Assembly (NCBI GenBank): GCA_964016885.1
Contig: CAXHJY010001693.1
Coordinates: 1 to 64,000 of the forward strand
DNA length: 64,000 nt
Origin: Eledone cirrhosa
Lineage: Eukaryota
Direction: 5' to 3'
Position 1 is the first letter of the stretch, and each line of letters opens with the position of its first letter. Shown here in pieces: positions 1 to 15,000 of the stretch. The position numbers and the translations under genes were made by a program. The notes beneath the pieces were generated by a model. That model was not told the origin of the DNA and searched no databases. It saw only the letters and a program-made list of their open reading frames with translations.

Positions 1-3000
1 CTCATAAAGGACTAAAATGACTCTAAAATGGCTAACACTGCCTCATAAAGGACTAAAATGACTCTAAAATGGCTAAAACAGCATCATAAATGACTGAAAT
101 GACCCTATAAATGGCTAAAACGGTATATAAATTATGAAAATGACTCTATATTGGATAAAACGGCATGAGAAATGACTAAAATGAATATTAGATGGCTAAA
201 ACAGCATCTTAAATGACGAAAATGACTCTAAAATGGCTGAAACAGCATCATAAATGACTAAAATAACTCTAAAATGGTTAAAAGCGCCTCATAAAGGACT
301 AAAATGACTCTAAAACGGCTAAAACGGCATCATAAATGACTAAAATGACTCTAAAATGGCTGAAACAGCATCATAAATGACTAAAAAGACTTTAAACTGG
401 CTAAAGCGGCATCATAAACGACTAAAATGACTCTAAAATGGCTAAAAAGGCATCATAAATGACTAAAAATGACTCTAAAATGGCTAAAACCGCCTCATAA
501 AGGACTAAAATGACTCTAAAAGGCCTAAAACGGCATCATGAATGACTAAAATGGCTCAAACGGCATCATAAATGAATAAAATGACTCTAAAATTGCTAAA
601 ACCGACTCATGAATGACTAAAATAACTCTAAAATGGCTAGAACGGCAAAGTAAATGAATATATGCCTCTAAAAGGCCTAAAACGACATCATAAATGACGA
701 AAATGACTCTAAAATGGTTAAAACCGCCCTATAAAGGACTAAAACGACTCTAAAATGGCTAACACTGCCTCATAAATGACTAAAATGACTCTAGAATGGC
801 TAAAACAGCATCATCAATGACTGAAATGACCCTATAAAAGGCTAAAACGGTATATAAATTATGAAAATGACTCTATATTGGATAAAACAGCATGAGAAAT
901 GACTGAAATGAATATTAGATGGCTAAAACAGCATCTAAAATGACTAAAATGACCCTAAAATGTCTAGAACGGTGTATAAATGACGAAAATGACTCTAAAA
1001 TGGCTAAAACCGCCTCATAAATGACTAAAATGACTCTAAAAGGGCTAAAACGACATCATGAATGACTAAAATGGCACAAACGGCATCATAAATGAATAAA
1101 AGGACTCTAAAATGGCTAAAGCGCATCATAAACGACTAAAATGACTCTAAAATGGTTAAAAGCGCCTCATAAATGAATGAAATGACTCTAAAATGGCTAA
1201 AACCACGTCATAAAGGACTAAAATGACTCTAAAATGGCTAAAACAGTAAAATAAATGAATATATGCCACTAAAATGCCTAAAACGACATCATAAATGACG
1301 AAAATGACACTAAAATGGTTAAAACCGCCCTATAACAGACTAAAATGACTCTAAAATGGCTTAAACTGCATCATAAATGACTAAAATGGCTAAAACTGCA
1401 TCGTAAATGATTAAACGACTCTAAAATGGCTAACACTACATCATAAAGTACTAAAATGACTCTAAAATGGCTAAAACAGCATCATAAATGACTAAAATAA
1501 CTCTAGAATGGCTAAACAGCATCATTAATGACTTAAATCACCCTATAAATGGCTAAAACGGTATATAAATTATGAAAATGACTCTATATTGGATAAAACG
1601 GCATGAGAAATGACTAAAATGAATATTAGATGGCTAAAACAGCATCTTAAATGACTAAAATGACCCTAAAATGTCTAAAACGGTGTATGAATGACGAAAA
1701 TGACTGTAAAATGGCTAAGACCGCCTCATGAATGACTAAAATGACTCTAAAATGGCTAAAACGGCATCATGAATGACTAAAATGGCACAAACGGCATCAT
1801 AAATGAATAAAATGAATCTAAAATGGCTAAAGCGGCATCATGAACGACTAAAATGACTCTAAACTGGTTAAAAGCGCCTCATAAAGGACTAAAATGACTC
1901 TAAAAGGCCTAAAACGGTATATGAATGACTAAAATGGGCTCAAACGGCATCATAAATGAATAAAATGACTCTAAAATGGCTAAAACCGACTCATAAATGA
2001 CTAAAATGACACTAAAATGGCTAAAACAGCATCATAAATGACTAAAATGACTCTAAAATGGTTAAAACCGCCCTATAATGGACTAAAAGGACTCTAAAAT
2101 GGCTAAAACGTCATCATAAACGACTAAAATGACTCTAAAATGGTTAAAAGCGCCTCATAAATGAATAAAATGACTCTAAAATGGCTAAAACCGCCTCATA
2201 AAGGACTAAAATGACTCTATAATGGCTAAAACAGTAAAATAAATGAATATATGCCTCTAAAATGCCTAAAACGACATCATAAATGACGAAAATGACTCTA
2301 AAATGGTTAAAACCGCCCTATAACGGACTAAAATGACTCTAAAATGGCTAAAACTGCATCATAAATGACTAAAATGGCTAAAACCGCGTCGTAAATGACT
2401 AAAACGACTCTAAAATGGCTAACACTACCTCATAAAGGACTAAAATGACTCTAAAATGGCTAAAACAGCATCATAAATGACTAAAATGACCCTAAAATGT
2501 CTAAAACGGTGTATAAATGACGAAAATGACTCTAAAATGGCTAAAACCGCCTCATAAATGACTAAAATGACTCTAAAAGGGCTGAAACAGCATCATCAAT
2601 GAATAAATAACTCTAAAATGGTTAAAAGCGCCTCATAAAGGACTAAAATGACTCTAAAATGGCTAACACTGCCTCATAAAGGACTAAAATGACTCTAAAA
2701 TGGCTAAAACAGCATCATAAATGACTGAAATGACCCTATAAATGGCTAAAACGGTATATAAATTATGAAAATGACTCTATATTGGATAAAACGGCATGAG
2801 AAATGACTAAAATGAATATTAGATGGCTAAAACAGCATCTTAAATGACGAAAATGACTCTAAAATGGCTGAAACAGCATCATAAATGACTAAAATAACTC
2901 TAAAATGGTTAAAAGCGCCTCATAAAGGACTAAAATGACTCTAAAACGGCTAAAACGGCATCATAAATGACTAAAATGACTCTAAAATGGCTGAAACAGC

Positions 3001-6000
3001 ATCATAAATGACTAAAAAGACTTTAAACTGGCTAAAGCGGCATCATAAACGACTAAAATGACTCTAAAATGGCTAAAAAGGCATCATAAATGACTAAAAA
3101 TGACTCTAAAATGGCTAAAACCGCCTCATGAAGGACTAAAATGACTCTAAAAGGCCTAAAACGGCATCATGAATGACTAAAATGCTCAAACGGCATCATA
3201 AATGAATAAAATGACTCTAAAATTGCTAAAACCGACTCATGAATGACTAAAATAACTCTAAAATGGCTAGAACGGCAAAGTAAATGAATATATGCCTCTA
3301 AAAGGCCTAAAACGACATCATAAATGACGAAAATGACTCTAAAATGGTTAAAACCGCCCTATAAAGGACTAAAACGACTCTAAAATGGCTAACACTGCCT
3401 CATAAATGACTAAAATGACTCTAGAATGGCTAAAACAGCATCATCAATGACTGAAATGACCCTATAAAAGGCTAAAACGGTATATAAATTATGAAAATGA
3501 CTCTATATTGGATAAAACAGCATGAGAAATGACTGAAATGAATATTAGATGGCTAAAACAGCATCTAAAATGACTAAAATGACCCTAAAATGTCTAGAAC
3601 GGTGTATAAATGACGAAAATGACTCTAAAATGGCTAAAACCGCCTCATAAATGACTAAAATGACTCTAAAAGGGCTAAAACGACATCATGAATGACTAAA
3701 ATGGCACAAACGCATCATAAATGAATAAAAGGACTCTAAAATGGCTAAAGCGGCATCATAAACGACTAAAATGACTCTAAAATGGTTAAAAGCGCCTCAT
3801 GAATGAATGAAATGACTCTAAAATGGCTAAAACCACGTCATAAAGGACTAAAATGACTCTAAAATGGCTAAAACAGTAAAATAAATGAATATATGCCACT
3901 AAAATGCCTAAAACGACATCATAAATGACGAAAATGACACTAAAATGGTTAAAACCGCCCTATAACAGACTAAAATGACTCTAAAATGGCTTAAACTGCA
4001 TCATAAATGACTAAAATGGCTAAAACTGCATCGTAAATGATTAAACGACTCTAAAATGGCTAACACTACATCATAAAGTACTAAAATGACTCTAAAATGG
4101 CTAAAACAGCATCATAAATGACTAAAATAACTCTAGAATGGCTAAAACAGCATCATTAATGACTTAAATCACCCTATATATAATGGCTAAAACGGTATAT
4201 AAATTATGAAAATGACTCTATATTGGATAAAACGGCATGAGAAATGACTAAAATGAATATTAGATGGCTAAAACAGCATCTTAAATGACTAAAATGACCC
4301 TAAAATGTCTAAAACGGTGTATGAATGACGAAAATGACTGTAAAATGGCTAAGACCGCCTCATGAATGACTAAAATGACTCTAAAATGGCTAAAACGGCA
4401 TCATGAATGACTAAAATGGCACAAACGGCATCATAAATGAATAAAATGAATCTAAAATGGCTAAAGCGGCATCATGAACGACTAAAATGACTCTAAACTG
4501 GTTAAAAGCGCCTCATAAAGGACTAAAATGACTCTAAAAGGCCTAAAACGGTATATGAATGACTAAAATGGCTCAAACGGCATCATAAATGAATAAAATG
4601 ACTCTAAAATGGCTAAAACCGACTCATAAATGACTAAAATGACACTAAAATGGCTAAAACAGCATCATAAATGACTAAAATGACTCTAAAATGGTTAAAA
4701 CCGCCCTATAATGGACTAAAAGGACTCTAAAATGGCTAAAACGTCATCATAAACGACTAAAATGACTCTAAAATGGTTAAAAGCGCCTCATAAATGAATA
4801 AAATGACTCTAAAATGGCTAAAACCGCCTCATAAAGGACTAAAATGACTCTATAATGGCTAAAACAGTAAAATAAATGAATATATGCCTCTAAAATGCCT
4901 AAAACGACATCATAAATGACGAAAATGACTCTAAAATGGTTAAAACCGCCCTATAACGGACTAAAATGACTCTAAAATGCTAAAACTGCATCATAAATGA
5001 CTAAAATGGCTAAACCGCGTCGTAAATGACTAAAACGACTCTAAAATGGCTAACACTACCTCATAAAGGACTAAAATGACTCTAAAATGGCTAAAACAGC
5101 ATCATAATGACTAAAATGACCCTAAAATGTCTAAAACGGTGTATAAATGACGAAAATGACTCTAACATGGCTAAAACCGCCTCATAAATGACTAAAATGA
5201 CTCTAAAAGGGCTGAAACAGCATCATCAATGAATAAATAACTCTAAAATGGTTAAAAGCGCCTCATAAAGGACTAAAATGACTCTAAAATGGCTAACACT
5301 GCCTCATAAAGGACTAAAATGACTCTAAAATGGCTAAAACAGCATCATAAATGACTGAAATGACCCTATAAATGGCTAAAACGGTATATAAATTATGAAA
5401 ATGACTCTATATTGGATAAAACGGCATGAGAAATGACTAAAATGAATATTAGATGGCTAAAACAGCATCTTAAATGACGAAAATGACTCTAAAATGGCTG
5501 AAACAGCATCATAAATGACTAAAATAACTCTAAAATGGTTAAAAGCGCCTCATAAAGGACTAAAATGACTCTAAAACGGCTAAAACGGCATCATAAATGA
5601 CTAAAATGACTCTAAAATGGCTGAAACAGCATCATAAATGACTAAAAAGACTTTAAACTGGCTAAAGCGGCATCATAAACGACTAAAATGACTCTAAAAT
5701 GGCTAAAAAGGCATCATAAATGACTAAAAATGACTCTAAAATGGCTAAAACCGCCTCATGAAGGACTAAAATGACTCTAAAAGGCCTAAAACGGCATCAT
5801 GAATGACTAAAATGGCTCAAACCACATCATAAATGAATAAAATGACTCTAAAATTGCTAAAACCGACTCATGAATGACTAAAATAACTCTAAAATGGCTA
5901 GAACGGCAAAGTAAATGAATATATGCCTCTAAAAGGCCTAAAACGACATCATAAATGACGAAAATGACTCTAAAATGGTTAAAACCGCCCTATAAAGGAC

Positions 6001-9000
6001 TAAAACGACTCTAAAATGGCTAACACTGCCTCATAAATGACTAAAATGACTCTAGAATGGCTAAAAACAGCATCATCAATGACTGAAATGACCCTATAAA
6101 AGGCTAAAACGGTATATAAATTATGAAAATGACTCTATATTGGATAAAACAGCATGAGAAATGACTGAAATGAATATTAGATGGCTAAAACAGCATCTAA
6201 AATGACTAAAATGACCCTAAATGTCTAGAACGGTGTATAAATGACGAAAATGACTCTAAAATGGCTAAAACCGCCTCATAAATGACTAAAATGACTCTAA
6301 AAGGGCTAAAACGACATCATGAATGACTAAAATGGCACAAACGGCATCATAAATGAATAAAAGGACTCTAAAATGGCTAAAGCGGCATCATAAACGACTA
6401 AAATGACTCTAAAATGGTTAAAAGCGCCTCATAAATGAATGAAATGACTCTAAAATGGCTAAAACCACCTCATAAAGGACTAAAATGACTCTAAAATGGC
6501 TAAAACAGTAAAATAAATGAATATATGCCTCTAAAATGCCTAAAACGACATCATAAATGACGAAAATGACACTAAAATGAGTTAAAACCGCCCTATAACG
6601 GACTAAAATGACTCTAAAATGGCTTAAACTGCATCATAAATGACTAAAATGGCTAAAACTGCATCGTAAATGATTAAACGACTCTAAAATGGCTAACACT
6701 ACATCATAAAGTACTAAAATGACTCTAAAATGGCTAAAACAGCATCATAAATGACTAAAATAACTCTAGAATGGCTAAAACAGCATCATTAATGACTTAA
6801 ATCACCCTATAAATGGCTAAAACGGTATATAAATTATGAAAATGACTCTATATTGGATAAAACGCATGAGAAATGACTAAAATGAATATTAGATGGCTAA
6901 AACAGCATCTTAAATGACTAAAATGACCCTAAAATGTCTAAAACGGTGTATGAATGACGAAAATGACTGTAAAATGGCTAAGACCGCCTCATGAATGACT
7001 AAAATGACTCTGAAATGGCTAAAACGGCATCATGAATGACTAAAATGGCACAAACGGCATCATAAATGAATAAAATGAATCTAAAATGGCTAAAGCGGCA
7101 TCATGAACGACTAAAATGACTCTAAACTGGTTAAAAGCGCCTCATGAAGGACTAAAATTACTCTAAAAGGCCTAAAACGGTATATGAATGACTAAAATGG
7201 CTCAAACGGCATCATAAGTGAATAAAATGACTCTAAAATGGCTAAAACCGACTCATAAATGACTAAAATGACACTGAAATGGCTAAAACAGCATCATAAA
7301 TGACTAAAATGACTCTAAAATGGTTAAAACCGCCCTATAACGGACTAAAAGGACTCTAAAATGGCTAAAACGTCATCATAAACGACTAAAATGACTCTAA
7401 AATGGTTAAAAGCGCCTCATAAATGAATAAAATGACTCTAAAATGGTTAAAACCGCCTCATAAAGGACTAAAATGACTCTATAATGGCTAAAACAGTAAA
7501 ATAAATGAATATATGCCTCTAAAATGCCTAAAACGACATCATAAATGACGAAAATGACTCTAAAATGGTTAAAACCGCCCTATAACGGACTAAAATGACT
7601 CTAAAATGGCTAAAACTGCATCATAAATGACTAAAATGGCTAAAACCGCATCGTAAATGACTAAAACGACTCTAAAATGGCTAACACTACCTCATAAAGG
7701 ACTAAAATGACTCTAAAATGGCTAAAACAGCATCATGAATGACTAAAATAACTCTAGAATGGCTAAAACAGCATCATTAATGACTTAAATCACCCTATAA
7801 ATGGCTAAAACGGTATATAAATTATGAAAATGACTCTATATTGGATAAAACGGCATGAGAAATGACTAAAATGAATATTAGATGGCTAAAACAGCATCTT
7901 AAATTACTAAAATGACCCTAAAATGTCTAAAACGGTGTATGAATGACTAAAATGACTCTAAAATGGCTAAAACGGCATCATGAATGACTAAAATGGCACA
8001 AACGGCATCATAAATGAATAAAATGACTCTAAAATGGCTAAAGCGGCATCACGAGCGACTAAAATGACTCTAAACTGGTTAAAAGCGCCTCATGAAGGAC
8101 TAAAATGACTCTAAAAGGCCTAAAACGGTATATGAATGACTAAAATGGCCCAAACGGCATCATAAATGAATAAAATGACTCTAAAATGGCTAAAACCGAC
8201 TCATAAATGACTAAAATGGCTAAAACAGCATCATAAATGACTAAAATGACTCTAAAATGGTTTAAACCGCCCTATAACGGACTAAAATGACTCTAAAATG
8301 GCTAAAACGTCATCATAAATGATTATATGCCTCTAAAATGCCTAAAACGACATCATAAATGACGAACATGACTCTAAAATGGTTAAAACCGCCCTAAAAA
8401 GGACTAAAACGACTCTAAAATGGCTAACACTGCCTCATAAAGGACTAAAATGACTATAAAATGGCCGAAACAGCATCATGAATAACTAAAATGACTCTAG
8501 AATGGCTAAAACAGCATCATAAATGACTGAAATGACCCTATAAATGGCTAAAACGGTATATAAATTATGAAAATGACTCTATATTGGATAAAACGGCATG
8601 AGAAATGACTAAAATGAATATTAGATGGCTAAAACAGCATCTTAAATGACGAAAATGACTCTAAAATGGCTGAAACAGCATCATAAATGACTAAAATAAC
8701 TCTAAAATGGTTAAAAGCGCCTCATAAAGGACTAAAATGACTCTAAAACGGCTAAAACGGCATCATAAATGACGAAAATGACTCTAAAATGGCTAAAGCG
8801 GCTTCATAAATGACTAACATGACTCTAAAATGGCTAAAACCGACTCATAAAGGACTAAAATGACTCTAAAATGGCTAAAGCGGCATCATAAATGACTAAA
8901 ATGACTCTAAAAGGGCTAAAACGCATCATGAATGACTAAAATGGCACAAACGGCATCATAAATGAATAAAAGGACTCTAAAATGGCTAAAGCGGCATCAT

Positions 9001-12000
9001 AAACGACTAAAATGACTCTAAAATGGTTAAAAGCGCCTCATAAATGAATAAGATGACTCTACAATGGCTAAAACCGCCTCATAAAGGACTAAAATGACTC
9101 TAAAATGGCTAAAACGGTAAAATAAATGAATATATGCCTCTAAAATGCCTAAAACGACATCATGAATGACGAAAATGACTCTAAAATGGTTAAAACCGCC
9201 CTATAACGGTTTAAAATGACTCTAAAATGGCTAAAACTGCATCATAAATGACTAAAATGGCTAAAACCGCCTCGTAAATGACTAAAATGACTCTAAAATG
9301 GTTAAAAGCGCCTCATAAATGAATAAAATGACTCTAAAATAGCTAAAACCGCCTCATAAAGGACTAAAATGACTCTAAAATGGCTAAAACGGTAAAATAA
9401 ATGAATATATGCCTCTAAAATGCCTAAAACGACATCATAAATGACGAAAATGACTCTAAAATGGCTAAAACCGCCCTATAACGGTTTAAAATGACTCTAA
9501 AATGGCTAAAACTGCATCATAAATGACTAAAATGGCTAAAACCGCATCGTAAATGACTAGAACGACTCTAAAATGGCTAATACTACCTTATAAAGGACTA
9601 AAATGGCTAAAACAGCATCATAAATGACTAAAATAACTCTAGAATGGCTAAAACAGCATCATTAATGACTTAAATCACCCTATAAATGGCTAAAACGGTA
9701 TATAAATTATGAAAATGACTCTATATTGGATAAAACGGCATGAGAAATGAGTAAAATGAATATTAGATGGCTAAAACATCATCTTAAATGACTAAAATGA
9801 CCCTAAAATGTCTAAAACGGTGTATGAATGACGAAATTGACTCTAAAATGGCTAAGACCGCCTCATGAATGACTAAAATGACTCTAAAATGGCTAAAACG
9901 GCATCATGAATGACTAAAATGGCTCAAAGGGCATCATAAATGAATAAAATGAATCTAAAATGGCTAAAGCGGCATCATGAACGACTAAAATGACTCTAAA
10001 CTGGTTAAAATCGCCTCATGAAGGACTAAAAGGCCTAAAACAGCATCATAAATGACTAAAATGACTCTAAAATGGTTAAAACCGCCCTATAACGGACTAA
10101 AAGGACTCTAAAATGGCTAAAACGTCATCATAAACGACTAAAATGACTCTAAAATGGTTAAAAGCGCCTCATAAATGAATAAAATGACTCTAAAATGGCT
10201 AAAACCGCCTCATAAAGGACTAAAATGACTCTATAATGGCTAAAACAGTAAAATAAATGAATATATGCCTCTAAAATGCCTAAAACGACATCATAAATGA
10301 CGAAAATGACTCTAAAATGGTAAAAACCGCCCTATAACGGACTAAAATGACTCTAAAATGGCTAAAACTGCATCATAAATGACTAAAATGGCTAAAACCG
10401 CGTCGTAAATGACTAAAACGACTCTAAAATGGCTAACACTACCTCATAAAGGACTAAAATGACTCTAAAATGGCTAAAACAGCATCATAAATGACTAAAA
10501 TGACCCTAAAATGTCTAAAACGGTGTATAAATGACGAAAATGACTCTAAAATGGCTAAAACCGCCTCATAAATGACTAAAATGACTCTAAAAGGGCTGAA
10601 ACAGCATCATCAATGAATAAATAACTCTAAAATGGTTAAAAGCGCCTCATAAAGGACTAAAATGACTCTAAAATGGCTAACACTGCCTCATAAAGGACTA
10701 AAATGACTCTAAAATGGCTAAAACAGCATCATGAATGACTGAAATGACCCTATAAATGGCTAAAACGGTATATAAATTATGAAAATGACTCTATATTGGA
10801 TAAAACGGCATGAGAAATGACTAAAATGAATATTAGATGGCTAAAACAGCATCTTAAATGACGAAAATGACTCTAAAATGGCTGAAACAGCATCATAAAT
10901 GACTAAAATAACTCTAAAATGGTTAAAAGCGCCTCATAAAGGACTAAAATGACTCTAAAACGGCTAAAACGGCATCATAAATGACTAAAATGACTCTAAA
11001 ATGGCTGAAACAGCATCATAAATGACTAAAAAGACTTTAAACTGGCTAAAGCGGCATCATAAACGACTAAAATGACTCTAAAATGGCTAAAAAGGCATCA
11101 TAAATGACTAAAAATGACTCTAAAATGGCTAAAACCGCCTCATGAAGGACTAAAATGACTCTAAAAGGCCTAAACGGCATCATGAATGACTAAAATGGCT
11201 CAAACGGCATCATAAATGAATAAAATGACTCTAAAATTGCTAAAACCGACTCATGAATGACTAAAATAACTCTAAAATGGCTAGAACGGCAAAGTAAATG
11301 AATATATGCCTCTAAAAGGCCTAAAACGACATCATAAATGACGAAAATGACTCTAAAATGGTTAAAACCGCCCTATAAAGGACTAAAACGACTCTAAAAT
11401 GGCTAACACTGCCTCATAAATGACTAAAATGACTCTAGAATGGCTAAAACAGCATCATAAATGACTGAAATGACCCTATAAATGGCTAAAACGGTATATA
11501 AATTATGAAAATGACTCTATATTGGATAAAACAGCATGAGAAATGACTGAAATGAATATTAGATGGCTAAAACAGCATCTAAAATGACTAAAATGACCCT
11601 AAAATGTCTAGAACGGTGTATAAATGACGAAAATGACTCTAAAATGGCTAAAACCGCCTCATAAATGACTAAAATGACTCTAAAAGGGCTAAAACGACAT
11701 CATGAATGACTAAAATGCACAAACGCATCATAAATGAATAAAAGGACTCTAAAATGGCTAAAGCGGCATCATAAACGACTAAAATGACTCTAAAATGGTT
11801 AAAAGCGCCTCATAAATGAATAAAATGACTCTAAAATGGCTAAAACCACCTCATAAAGGACTAAAATGACTCTAAAATGACTAAAACAGTAAAATAAATG
11901 AATATATGCCTCTAAAATGCCTAAAACGACATCATAAATGACGAAAATGACTCTAAAATGGTTAAAACCGCCCTATAACGGACTAAAATGACTCTAAAAT

Positions 12001-15000
12001 GGCTAAAACTGCATCATAAATGACTAAAATGCTAAAACCGCGTCGTAAATGACTAAAACGACTCTAAAATGGCTAACACTACCTCATAAAGGACTAAAAT
12101 GACTCTAAAATGGCTAAAACAGCATCATAAATGACTAAAATGACCCTAAAATGTCTAAAACGGTGTATAAATGACGAAAATGACTCTAAAATGGCTAAAA
12201 CCGCCTCATAAATGACTAAATGACTCTAAAAGGCTGAAACAGCATCATCAATGAATAAATAACTCTAAAATGGTTAAAAGCGCCTCATAAAGGACTAAAA
12301 TGACTCTAAAATGGCTAACACTGCCTCATAAAGGACTAAAATGACTCTAAAATGGCTAAAACAGCATCATAAATGACTGAAATGACCCTATAAATGGCTA
12401 AAACGGTATATAAATTATGAAAATGACTCTATATTGGATAAAACGGCATGAGAAATGACTAAAATGAATATTAGATGGCTAAAACAGCATCTTAAATGAC
12501 GAAAATGACTCTAAAATGGCTGAAACAGCATCATAAATGACTAAAATAACTCTAAAATGGTTAAAAGCGCCTCATAAAGGACTAAAATGACTCTAAAACG
12601 GCTAAAACGGCATCATAAATGACTAAAATGACTCTAAAATGTCTGAAACAGCATCATAAATGACTAAAAAGACTTTAAACTGGCTAAAGCGGCATCATAA
12701 ACGACTAAAATGACTCTAAAATGGCTAAAAAGGCATCATAAATGACTAAAAATGACTCTAAAATGGCTAAAACCCGCCTCATGAAGGACTAAAATGACTC
12801 TAAAAGGCCTAAAACGGCATCATGAATGACTAAAATGGCTCAAACGGCATCATAAATGAATAAAATGACTCTAAAATTGCTAAAACCGACTCATGAATGA
12901 CTAAAATAACTCTAAAATGGCTAGAACGGCAAAGTAAATGAATATATGCCTCTAAAAGGCCTAAAACGACATCATAAATGACGAAAATGACTCTAAAATG
13001 GTTAAAACCGCCCTATAAAGGACTAAAACGACTCTAAAATGGCTAACACTGCCTCATAAATGACTAAAATGACTCTAGAATGGGCTAAAACAGCATCATA
13101 AATGACTGAAATGACCCTATAAATGGCTAAAACGGTATATAAATTATGAAAATGACTCTATATTGGATAAAACAGCATGAGAAATGACTGAAATGAATAT
13201 TAGATGGCTAAAACAGCATCTAAAATGACTAAAATGACCCTAAAATGTCTAGAACGGTGTATAAATGACGAAAATGACTCTAAAATGGCTAAAACCGCCT
13301 CATAAATGACTAAAATGACTCTAAAAGGGCTAAAACGACATCATGAATGACTAAAATGGCACAAACGGCATCATAAATGAATAAAAGGACTCTAAAATGG
13401 CTAAAGCGGCATCATAAACGACTAAAATGACTCTAAAATGGTTAAAAGCGCCTCATAAATGAATAAAATGACTCTAAAATGGCTAAAACCACCTCATAAA
13501 GGACTAAAATGACTCTAAAATGACTAAAACAGTAAAATAAATGAATACATGCCTCTAAAATGCCTAAAACGACATCATAAATGACGAAAATGACACTAAA
13601 ATGGTTAAAACCGCCCTATAACGGACTAAAATGACTCTAAAATGGCTGAAACTGCATCATGAATGACTAAAATGGCTAAAACTGCATCGTAAATGACTAA
13701 AACGACTCTAAAATGGCTAACACTACATCATAAAGGACTAAAATGACTCTAAAATGGCTAAAACAGCATCATAAATGACTAAAATAACTCTAGAATGGCT
13801 AAAACAGCATCATTAATGACTTAAATCACCCTATAAATGGCTAAAACGGTATATAAATTATGAAAATGACTCTATATTGGATAAAACGGCATGAGAAATG
13901 ACTAAAATGAATATTAGATGGCTAAAACAGCATCTTAAATGACTAAAATGACCCTAAAATGGCTAAAACGGCATCATGAATGACTAAAATGGCACAAACG
14001 GCATCATAAATGAATAAAATGAATCTAAAATGGCTAAAGCGGCATCATTAACGACTAAAATGACTCTAAACTGGTTAAAAGCGCCTCATAAAGGACTAAA
14101 ATGACTCTAAAAGGCCTAAAACGGTATATGAATGACTAAAATGGCTCAAACGGCATCATGAATGAATAAAATGACTCTAAAATGGCTAAAACCGACTCAT
14201 AAATGACTAAAATGACACTAAAATGGCTAAAACAGCATCATAAATGACTAAAATGACTCTAAAATCGTTAAAACCGCCCTATAACGGACTAAAATGACTC
14301 TAAAATGGCTAAAACGTCATCATAAATGACTAAAATGACTCTAAAATGGCTAAAACGGCAAAATAAATGAATATATGCCTCTAAAATGCCTAAAACGACA
14401 TCATAAATGACGAACATGACTCTAAAATGGTTAAAACCGCCCTATAAAGGACTAAAACGACTCTAAAATGGCTAACACTGCCTCATAAAGGACTAAAATG
14501 ACTATAAAATGGCCGAAACAGCATCATAAATGACTAAAATGACTCTAGAATGGCTAAAACAGCATCATAAATGACTGAAATGACCCTATAAACGGCTAAA
14601 ACGGTATATAAATTATGAAAATGACTCTATATTGGATAAAACGGCATGAGAAATGACTAAAATGAATATTAGATGGCTAAAACAGCATCTAAAATGACTA
14701 AAATGACCCTAAAATGTCTAGAACGGTGTATAAATGACGAAAATGACACTAAAATGGCTAAAACAGCATCATAAATGACTAAATGACTTTAAAATGGTTA
14801 AAACCGCCCTATAACGGACTGAAACGACTCTAAAATGGCTAAAACGTCATCATAAACGACTAAAATGACTCTAAAATGGTTAAAAGCGCCTCATAAATGA
14901 ATAAAATGACTCTAAAATGGCTAAAACTGCCTCATAAAGGACTAAAATGACTCTATAATGGCTAAAACAGTAAAATAAATGAATATATGCCTCTAAAATG